A stretch of DNA of 60,599 nt, counting the filler, from Sphacelaria rigidula (Eukaryota), in the NCBI GenBank assembly GCA_964200075.2. It is 6 parts of 6 records of this genome, joined end to end, with 100 filler letters (N's around TTAATTAATTAA, not from the genome) between each part and the next. Parts side by side here need not be neighbours in the genome. Positions count along the whole stretch, not along the records: positions 50,585 to 60,599 come from CAXNAA020007318.1; 5 more parts are not named here. The stretch is one strand, 5' to 3'. The notes under the pieces are model-generated. The model saw only the letters and a program-made list of their open reading frames with translations, was not told the origin of the DNA and ran no database searches. Positions 50,585 to 60,599 of this stretch are shown here, piece by piece. The position numbers were made by a program, and so were the translations under genes. How positions within the stretch are numbered: position 1 is the first letter of the stretch; each line of letters starts with the position of its first letter.

Positions 50585-51824
50585 GAAAACAAAGCCTAGG
50601 GATTGATTCGCACGATTCGAATCAATTAGACTAGAGCCAAGTCATTTCTAGACGAATCATTGATTTGTACGACCCTTGAAATATATGATCCTCAAGTCGT
50701 GGGCGCTCAGTCAGACACGATTTTGCGACGACATCCACCGAATGCATAAAATCCACATGCCCATCCGGCAGCCAGGTTTGTCTCGTGCAAAGCGCACGTG
50801 AAAATGCGACTCGAAGCGGCTTCTGGTTATTGAGGGAGAACATCCCTTCGGAAAGTGCCTTCTTGACTCCCTCGCGACGTTTCCCCTCGGACTGACTCGC
50901 CTCACCGAGAGGATCCCGGCACAATTCCGTGTTTTCTGTTGCACGCAGTTTGATGTTCGGGCAGATGGGAGATTTTTCTAACACCGAAAGATCCACGGTC
51001 AGGATGAATCAGAATTCATACGGGTCGACTCCTCATGATGCGCAAGCAATCATGCTGTATAAAACGATGGTCCCGCGAAGTCAAGGGTGGATAACACATA
51101 TTCAGCGCAGTCATCTTGCGCGCATTTCAGCTGTGAGAAAATTACGCGTGGTTCAGAACCCATCGGAAGTGAGGATTCAATCTGTACAACTTATTGGTCC
51201 CGCATTAGCCCGAAGGTGGGGAAAATATACGGGCGCTCACCTCGAACGACTTGGTCAAGCAAGTTGTCCAGGGCGTTCCCGACTGATGGTGGCGAGAAGT
51301 GTGTGACGTGTACAATCGATGCACGTAAATTTGCAGTGCAGGGTTGACTATGTGCTCATTGTTTACCCCGCTATTCATGGAAGGTCGGAAACGGGCACCT
51401 CCGGGTTATACTGCACGACGCACGAGCTGAGAAGCTGTATGAATTACAAACGATGTACGAATAGTATGATTCATTCGTTGAAGTGATGAATATGAGTTGA
51501 ATCACGAGTTGAGTCGTCCAACCGTGGAAAGATCCCAACTGCGCGTTGAGGTATCACAACAATTGGATTTTCCCCTCCACTTGAACCCTTCGTCCGAGAA
51601 GCTGCTAGTTTGGCCAAATATTAAACGGTAACCGCCGGAGAATGCAAACACGCCCTGGAAACCTCTGAGTAGAGCAGGCGATTCCGAGATTGCGATTCGC
51701 CTAGGCCTCGTGTCGGGCGAAAACGACGAGTGAGGGCTCGAAGGGTAGTTTTCCAATAGACTTATATCGTATCGTGGAGGACTCTCTGAAACGTGTCCCT
51801 TGGGTGGCCCTCTTAGTGACCCAG

Positions 51825-54800
51825 GCTTCCGCCGCCGCCATCCCATCACCATATTCATCGAGCACAACCAAATATCCTATGTTGACACTCTCAGATGTAC
51901 ATACCGTATTTTCGACGGCCAGGTGGAAGTGCTGTTTGTTCTCTGCACTCTCCTGGGAGCTCGGAGAAAGGGTGAGGCACACGAGGCGCTGGCAAAGCTG
52001 GGTCTGATTGAGATCTTGGATTCGATGTTCGATCGCCTTAGCTGGGGTGTTCCGTCGAGGCAGGAGGGTCCTCACGGTGCGAACTGTGATTGTAACCCGG
52101 AGTCGGCGCTGAGGGTACAGTACCTCCGATTGGTGCACAACTTCCTCGACAGGTGAGAGATTTTTGTTCCAAGTGAACGAATGAAGGTGTAGAGTTGAAG
52201 CAACGTGCGATGGAGAGCACGGTATGGTACTTGTATCGATGTCATCGCATCGTGAATTCATCCAGCACAGCGCTTGGATCATGGACATTTACCAGGTGCG
52301 AGGGCACGCCCGTGCTTGGCGCGTCCTTGCGATCTTTCTAATTAGTGACCGTAGCCTGTAGCTAAGCAACTATAGCGTCACGTTTTCCCCCCTTGTTTAT
52401 CTATTCCCTCATCCGCCATTTTTATCGTGACCCTTCCCCCGCCTCCCCGGTACAGGGATTCGAACAACAACCCCCTCAAGCGTCTACTTCTTTCCCCTCA
52501 CGAGCGGGAGCTGTTTGCTACGGGGCGCTTCATGGCGAACCCCAATGGCAGCGGAAACGTGGTATTTGTCAAGGTGAGCTGACCCGGAGACACTTCCGGA
52601 GAACACACACACGCATGTTCATGTATTTGTATATGTACTGTGTTGGTTGCAGTATAGTCCGGTGGTGGAACCATCATGTACCGCGATTGATATTTCGCGA
52701 TATAGGATGCTGCAAAGATGGACACGTGCATAGTTAGGCTTCGGTACGATATCTAGAACACAAATGTACATCTTTGTGTTAGCAGACACCAACAAAATCC
52801 CATGTATACTGAACAGCATGAGGCGTGTGTGCGAAGCGTTTTTTTTTGTCAATCAATGCATGGGTGAATATGTGTCTCTTGTGTATTTCCTGTCCATTGA
52901 CCAGTACGGCTGAACCTTGTCTGCGGCGCCTGCACGTCATTCATGTGTGCATGCCCGCTACACCATAGATTGCAATGTGTCGTTCTAGTTCACTACTTCA
53001 ATAGTAGTCGCCTTTGGTTGCGTAGTTGCCCATCCCATCCCCAACCCATGTCGTCATCCACCACCTATCGCATCCCACCCCGCAATGAAACGTCACCGAA
53101 CATCTAATACTCAAAAAACAGTCGAACGCATCAGAGGCGGATCCTCCGCAGTCACCATTCGTTTGGAGAGGACGGGCTTCGTCTGGCATCGTGGGCGAGA
53201 GCGATGCGGAAAAGGCGAAATGGGTGGACACTCGAGGACTGTTGAGCAAAATTGTGGACGTGTTCATGAAGGAGCCCATGGACAGTCTGTACCGCTTCTG
53301 GCTGGCGAGCTGCGTGGAGGCCTTCCTTCGTGGAGGGACGTGAGTGATATGTTTACACGTACGACGTGTGGCGTGTTATTTTCTCCCTCAAACCCTACTG
53401 AGACTTCAACCCCTCAACCACGCGACTGATTTGAACTCCGTTTCGCTTCAATAGTCTCGTATTTGACCTTTATCCTGTAGTGGGACATGAGTTCGTTTTC
53501 GTCTTGTTTCTTTCGAATGTGCAGTGTGTTACTTGTGTATCTGCAAACGTGAGGGCTGATTTTTATGCCTGAAGAAATTACTCGAAGTTTTCCCATCGTG
53601 TGTGCCCCTGTGTTGGGAGATGTTTAGTCAGAGTTTGCCAGCCCAGCTGGTCCCCGTCAAAAGGAGTGAAGATGTCAACCTGAAGTCTGGAAGTATATCG
53701 TGTATTGTCTGCCCCTGGTCATGCCGACATGAACCGGTGATACGGTGAATTCCCTCATTGTAGCCTACAGCAAAAGATTGTTGGAATTACATGGACAAGA
53801 AGGCAGGTGCGGAATCGTGTCGTGTCGGCCGTTTTTCGGGCGTGTGGGTGGTTCGAGGTGCATCGTGCAACGAAGTAAAGCACACGGGACGGATTCATCG
53901 ACGAATTTAGTTCATTTAACGTGAGCTGCTTCGAATCGAGCCGTAGTCACATTGTAGACGTACCCAACGTAAATGATTGGAAATAGTCGCAAGAGGGAGG
54001 TTGAGAGGAGATGGAGAGAACGGCAACAAAGTGAATGAACTGACAAGACGTTTTACGAAGAGCGATCTTGAGAGAACCCCCAACCGACCCTCGTCGGCAT
54101 TCCAGGTAGGCCGTGTATGAGGCAAGACGGTGGGAGGAGGTTGTGACTCGGCATTCTAGAAACTGTACCATCGGGCGGGAAGTCCGGACCAACTCTGAAG
54201 ATTTGAGACACCAACACAAATACACAAATACACAAATGAGAGCAAAACAAAAAAAACAGAACGAGAATTACACCGCACAATTAGAGCAGGTATCAACCGG
54301 CAAGACATGACAGGGTCTCGGTGCACTCCGCCTACGCCTCACCGTGCGTCCTCGAACTCCCCCGCCTCCTACTCGACCCTCATGTACCATTTGCCAACGT
54401 TCAACGACCCAAACGTGCAGGTCTTCGGCGTCAACGTCGTGAACAAACCATCTCCTTATTTGCCCTCGCGTGAAGTAGCCCCTGGTGCACACAGATTCTC
54501 GTTGAGGGGTTCGACGGGACAACCTCGGATGAGTCTGTAGCCGATCCTTGTCCTTTGTTGTGGATTGACTCTCCCTCTCTGAGTTACAACAGGGCTATAG
54601 AAATCCTATACCGAACTTGTTTTGCAGTGTAGTGACACTACTGGTACCGGCTCGCACGGTTTGGCTGCTCGGTGGCCAAGCTACACGCAGCCACTCGGGT
54701 CGCAGAAAACGACGACTCTTCATACTGTCGTTCGCTTGCTTTTTGTAAAGTGTATGCTTTTGCTCCACGCCGATTTGCGCAGACTCGATCAAGTTATCGT

Positions 54801-57800
54801 GATGTTTCCTATGACTTCAATTGCGCGACGGCTTTTGAGTAAACTGCAAGGGGCGCCCTCAGCGTGGGAAATGCTGTAGTCGACAGGAGTGAGAAATTGA
54901 CATTTCGAAGCTATTTTTGTAAGCTGAAAAGGCTGTCTGTCTTGAGCCTGAAACGTCAACTAGTGAAGACCCATCCAAGAGCAGGTATAGGTAGCCCACG
55001 CCACCACAACACACCTCTATTGAAACTTTTGATGCAAACAAAATGTAGTCCAGTCAGAACTTGGAGACAACGTTTTCGTTTCGTGCAAGCTGCTGCAACT
55101 TTGAAGTCGAATAAACCGCTGTAGCTTCCTGCAAGGCAATTACTGGGATTGCGACTCGCCTTTTTTAATTGTCAAATCATACTCACATGTCAGCGGGGTG
55201 TGAAATCGCGCTGGTAGGACTGCACCCGCGAGAAACAGTTGCGTGTAGATGAATTTCTAATCGTGTGTTGGTTTTTGAAACTCGCCTACTTCGCTCCGTG
55301 CGCAGCACTCAAGAACAACTTTTCATCGCTGGAGGCGGACTGCTGGGGCACCTCGTCAAAGAAATCACATCGGATGGTGTGTGGTGCGCGGGCTCGTTAC
55401 AAACTGCTTTTGACCTCCTTGGAGAGCTTTGCAAGGGGAATAGAGAGGTGCGGGAACGGATTTGTTTGTTACGGTCTGCCCTGTCGTACGCTCGACCTCC
55501 TGAGAGATGTCCATTCTCGAGTAACGCCGACGCGTTCTCACGCCTGGATCAAGTCATCGTTGCCTGCGGTAGATATCCTTTTTTATATACCACCTACTTC
55601 GGGTGTTTCCCCTAGAGATGATGACAGTTGCTTTTTGATGGGGATACTATCTGCCTCGGATGCAACATCCTAACCAACAACTGTGACGATTGCAACTTCG
55701 TGTCAAGAATGTTGATGAGCGAAACTGCCGTTACCCATCGTTGGATCGCTTCTTATAGTCCGAAACAAGTCACTGAAAAAAATCATTTTCGTCAGCTTCC
55801 GGAGACTTCATTCAGAACGCGACCTTATAGGGCCACTTGTCATGAAAAATCACTCTGAAAACTATGGGATGTTTTCAGTCGGCGAGATGTTGCCAAACCT
55901 GGCAGAGGAAGACGGTCAGTTTTCAGTGAGATCAAGCTGTCTCAAAAGTGACTCTTCATCACACACTCCTCCCACACCGCACCCGCAATGGTACAGTCAG
56001 TGCTCCCTCACACACTCCTCGCATACAGGTGTAGTACAGTCAGAGCAAAAGTAGCTGTGCATGTTGTATGTACAGTACCGTAGCAGCAGCATAGCTGCTA
56101 CGGCACTCCGGGCATCCTCTTCATGGCCGTAGGACCAGGGACAGAGGGTACTGTTCAGTGCTTTTTCGCCCACAGCGTTACCGTACAGTACCCCATTCGA
56201 GGAATTCGGCGATCTGGTTGGTGAGATACCGCACAAGGCATTTTTACGCCTGGGAGGGCATTTCGGAAAAATGAAGCAAGGGTTGATACGCCTATCGTTT
56301 CGATCCCCATTATACCAGTAGCTACTGCGTATGTGTGTTGCCATTCCATTTATCCTGTACCTGGACGAGATTACGTGTTCGTTTACCGCAGGTGGCACAG
56401 GTACAAAATGTAAATGATCACCACCACTATCTGTATGCAGGTTGGATGACGGCCTTGGGTGTGCAAATCCCCAGGATTTTTGCGTAGACTAGAAGATCGG
56501 ATTTGAAAACTGACTTGGCTTGAAAAAGTCACTGAGAAGAGTCCTTATCCGGAATACCAAGCTCCTCTTGAAATGGCAAAGGATCGCGGCGCAGATAACA
56601 CAAGAAAGCAGCTACATACGGTGCTTTGACCTTCTCTCCCTTCACGCCACTCGTGACCTGCGCAAGACACACACACAGTTGGACCCTGTGTCCTTGACGT
56701 CTATGAGCCGTGACTCCCGCCTTGTGTACTAAAAATTCGCCGATTTTCGCACGAATCGAACTATAATGAACGATGTATACATTCCTATGACAAGGTTCTG
56801 GAAATGCTGGAGGCGAACATGACCGACAAACAACTGAGGCGGTTCCTGGAAGTCATGGTTGACAACCTTGTGGACAGCAACGTCTTCATGCGGTCCCTCG
56901 TGCTGTCCGTAGAGCACAGCGCGTTTCGGCGAGGAATGGTTCGTGGTTGCGGTAGCGGCGACGTCGGTGGAGGCAGGGGGCTGAGATCGGCTTCTCCTCC
57001 TTTGCAATCACGATCAGATAATAAGACGGCCGATACCGGTGCTACTGGCGCGTTGTTGTCACCAATCGTCCGCGCTCAAGATGGTGACCTTGGCTCAGCG
57101 GTTGTCACAGAGGAAATACATGACGAAAAGTTCAAGATTCGCGAGAGTAGTGATGACGATCGTAGCAGAGGAATATCGGAGCGGGGGAAAGATGAGGATG
57201 ATGCTTGTGCGGAGGAGGAGGGATTTCAGGGGCTGGGCGCCGGGGAAGAGCCGTGCTACCTCGGGCACACGTGGTTTGACGTGCAGCCACGAGAGATCAG
57301 CTTAGCTTTTGATGGTGCCGAAGAAATGGGAGATATAGAGGAGGAAAAGGGGGAAGATCAGGAAATACACGTGTCGCAAGGAGATGGTAAGCCCTGTACT
57401 CACACTTCCGCTAGTGCTGGTGTTTGCGCTTCTAGCAAAGCTAAGGTAAGGCGGTCATCACCGCTGAGTCCAAGTAGAGAGGCTACTGCTTGTGCTTGTG
57501 CTGCTGATGATACCTTGTCGGAGGTTGCGCAAAGCACTGAGCGAGACGGATTTTCGGATAGCAACGACAGCATGACTGAAGGATCTGGTGACACCAATGC
57601 GTTTCCGGGCACCAAAGAAAACGAACAGGAGAGGGCAGACGTGAGTTACGCAATAGTGGCTAGGGATCAGGAGCCGAGGCAGTGTGGTGGTGAGGAATCG
57701 ACGTCTGTTGTGACGGCTGTGAAAGGCGACAAAGCAATGTGGGAAGCGGGGAGCGGCGGGCTTGCAGGGTTCACTCGATTACAGGTTTTCTTGAAGCACA

Positions 57801-59191
57801 ACACTCCCCAATTGGTGCGAGATTTGATGGGCGTAGTGAATTTGGAGACAATCAACCACGAGAATATCTGCTGTCTCAACACTGCGATTCTGATCCTGAT
57901 TTTTGCGGATCGACGGGGGGAGCTGGCTGAGGTGAGCTTTCTCATTTTCTGTCCGGCGATTTTGCAGTTGAAACCTTGTTCTTGAGAGCGTTGTGTCAAT
58001 TCACCCCTTCGAGCAAGTGCGATATAGCGTTATCCTTCGACATGTCACGGTTGAAAAATATTGGTCGGGCCCAGCAGTGTTTTTGGGCATCCATTGGCAT
58101 CAAGTCTGGGCGGAGTTGGTTGTAATGTCCGCTGAGACAGGTGAAATCTGTCCGCTGAGCCAGTGTACAAACAGATTTGTGCCTTCAGCGATTACTCTGA
58201 ATCTAATCGAAAACGTTTTTGTACAGACGCAAGCCAGGTCTGCACACACGCTAGAGCGTTCGACACTTCTAGCACTGGTCGTGGGTCCAATATCTTCTGT
58301 GCTGGTGCAAGGAAGACGCGGGTAAAGAACGCAACCCGGACACGTCGAGCTCCAAAAGCACACGTACAGACACTCACCACTCGCGCGCATTAGTTCCACC
58401 GCTAGTCCTTGATCATCTACACACAGCAATCTCTTAAATCGAAATCCGTTACTGTTGTACGGAGGTCGCGCGCGTGTCGAGTTCAACCGCAAGAGTGCGT
58501 TTCCAGGCCCTCATGTGTGTTTTTGGCGCACGTCTGGCAAATTGTCTCTTATTTTTCAGTTCCGAAGAGAAATGTCCGAAGACAACATCAGTTGATCAAC
58601 AAAGTCTCACCCATCCTCTCGTGTCCCATGTACTATCATGTTGTCTGGAACGCCAATCCATAGGTCCTGCAAGACGTGCGACGATTACCTGCAGGAAAGA
58701 AGGTCTCAGACGTTGACGACGACGATGACGACCGTCACCTTTTCGAAACCGAGTCCAAGCACGAAGAGGAGGAAGAGGAAGAGGAGACAGAGGCCACCCT
58801 CGAATCATTATTTCGAAGCTACAGCAGAGCACGCCGGCGCCGGGCCAACAGCAACAAGAGAAGCTCTAACGGTAACGATCATGCCGCCGGCGGAGGGGTT
58901 GGGGGCAATGATGCTCTCGACGCCGCAGATATGCCTCCCCTACCCGATGGGCATACCGTGCTGCAAGGCTTCCGAAGGTTGTTGTGGTTTTGGGGAGAGT
59001 ACTACATGCGTGGCGGACGTGATCGACTGAGCTTGGAGTTTTCTACGCACGTGAAGTTTTGGGCGTGGAAGCGTGTGATTCGACTGTTGTGCGCCGACGA
59101 TGGCAGCCCGACGTCGCTTGTTGCGACGCCGTTGCGGTTGCCGAGATCGCCGTATGATACAGTCCCGTTGCCGCCGCCTAGCACCGCGTGA
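51825..59191 (+). CDS. TRPC4AP: TRPC4-associated protein homologue (TRUSS / DUF3689), 5'-partial, ~822 aa recovered
   Basis: join(51825-52152, 52456-52573, 53122-53339, 55306-55447, 56795-57931, 58664-59191); GT-AG, phases consistent. Motifs collinear with recalled animal TRPC4AP: HGANCDCNPESALRVQYLRL, RGLLSKIVDVFMKEP..YRFWLASCVEAFLRG, LQTAFDLLGEL, LVDSNVFMRS, HENICCLNTAILIL, FRRLLWFWGEYY, SPTSLV. Confidence 0.9.
54025..54520 (-). mobile_element. Decayed 3' end of an RTE-like LINE in a TRPC4AP intron
   Basis: Minus-strand broken frame LNVGKWYMRVE*EAGEF resembles the W..V..GA..F C-terminus of RTE ORF2; followed by a T-rich UTR ending TTCATTCA. Confidence 0.3.
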
Positions 59192-60372
59192 TGCGAAAGA
59201 AGAATCGAACAATCGAACCTGCATGAAAGTTGTAGTGCGCGAGAAATTTGGCGAGCGTTGGTTTTGCCCGTTGAAGTTTTGTTGTAGAGATTTTCCCGTA
59301 CGTTCTTTGTTATCCAAGTTATCGGATCTCGTGTATGTGTGCGTGTGTTTTCTGGTTTTGTACCGCAAATCATGGCGAATTAGGTGGGATCTGATGATGT
59401 GTGCTTGGGGACAACACGTCGCGTTCGCCGCAGTTCTGTCTTTGAGGCGCGTCACCGTACGTGTAATTTTTGGATACATGTAGTCTGAGGTGGGTGGATG
59501 GATAGAGAAGGAATTTGAAATCCCTCTTGTTGTCAAGAATGCAACGTCTTTTCCTCGTTCAACAGCCTGGACTACTGTGCTGCTCACCTTTTCATGCTGG
59601 CTGGTCTCACGAAGTGTGTGTTGATTGTTGAACCTATTTTGGGCTCCTCGGTGGATGCTGGCTCATTCTGCGAAATCCGATGTGCTGTTCAATACGCTGT
59701 CCGCTGTTGCGTGTTGTGACGCAAAAGCAAAAGCGGAAAGCTATACCTATCGCACGGCAGTCCTTCTATCTCATTTGCTTACGGAAATCAAGTTTCATTC
59801 AGTTTGTTTGAACGTGAGCCCTTCGTTGGGTGGAAAATTTTGCTCCCCAAAAGTATTACTATTATAGCTAGTGGTGTGGTTGTAGCGAGCAGGTACAGTG
59901 GTGATGAGCGGCGGTTTCGATGTGTTTTTTGCCACGCACGGGAAGAGTACAGCGCTGCAGTACGGTAGTATTATATAATTGTAGTACATTTTCATACCAT
60001 TTTCTTCAGTTTACCTAGCCGTCAACCGTCATGGTCGACCCACAAGATATACGCCGATTGAAACACGGTAAGAACGGCATCCGTGTTCATTTCCGCGAAA
60101 CAGGGTACAAAGTACAAGTGATGATGCAACACGCACGTTCCCCGGAGTAACCGTGCGCAGTTTTCAAATACAAAACCAAGGTTGCCGCCGACATCGGGGC
60201 ACACACGCCGGTGATCGATTAGTGTTGCGCTCCGAGTACAGTATAAAGATTAGAAAAGGGCAAGAAGAAAACAGTGTGAGTGTGAAATAGAAGCGTGGGA
60301 TGAACGATATCTGCAGGATGAGATTCCTGAAATTATGAATCGCCATATCTTCGAAGGAATGTGGGGTACTGA

Positions 60373-60529
60373 AAGGCAAGCACCGCACAAGGAAGGTGGG
60401 GTACTAGAAACAAATAAAGAGAAGTTCCTGTGTTGACCTTCCTTCTGTGTGACCCCGGCTGGTGCGCCCACAAATTCCGAAAAATCTAGACCGGCGTCCA
60501 GAATAATAGATGGGACGACAACACACACA
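60373..60529 (+). mobile_element. 5'-truncated copy of the 47355-48110 SINE-like family
   Basis: AAGGCAAGCACCGC..GGAAGGT..GTTGACCTTCCT..TGTGACCCCGGCTGGTGCGCCCA..AGACCGGCGTCCAGA..GATGGGACGAC shared. Confidence 0.8.
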
Positions 60530-60530
60530 T

Positions 60531-60599
60531 AACAGTGTTTTCGTGAGATTGAGAGTAGATGATACGATTGAGAGTGAAAAGCGGTCAATCAGTGAATTA
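60531..60599 (+). repeat. Terminus of the same dispersed repeat as 30185-30252
   Basis: 46-nt exact match; the contig ends inside it. Confidence 0.8.

Noticed and set aside
20236..60599. Apparent gene cluster E-Syt / RPL9 / NRT2 / TRPC4AP
   Set aside because: Each gene is on a separate contig; no linkage can be inferred.

Overview
This is not a contiguous locus. It is six ~10 kb eukaryotic contigs (1-10018, 10119-20135, 20236-30252, 30353-40368, 40469-50484, 50585-60599) joined by identical artificial 100-nt spacers (44 N + TTAATTAATTAA + 44 N) and ordered by length, so adjacency across spacers means nothing. Intron-rich genes, short GC-rich exons and a diatom-like NRT2 N-terminus suggest a stramenopile, most likely a brown alga (inference). 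Four spliced genes can be rebuilt with phase-consistent junctions: an SMP + 2xC2 extended-synaptotagmin-like gene (+, 11 exons, 5'-partial), RPL9 (-, 3 exons, 5'-partial, one GC-AG intron), NRT2 (-, 4 exons, 3'-partial) and a TRPC4AP/DUF3689 homologue (+, 6 exons, 5'-partial). The rest is mostly transposon debris: a decayed Copia-like LTR element, several MITEs, tRNA-derived SINE-like repeats, fold-backs and satellites. Contig 2 may hold a decayed short-intron gene of unknown family. Almost all ORFs in the supplied track are spurious. I found no CRISPR, rRNA, intact tRNA or convincing novel multi-gene system. The most unusual items are a folded-back tRNA-like insert inside an LTR, a ~476-bp intronic hairpin in RPL9 and the unidentified contig-2 gene.
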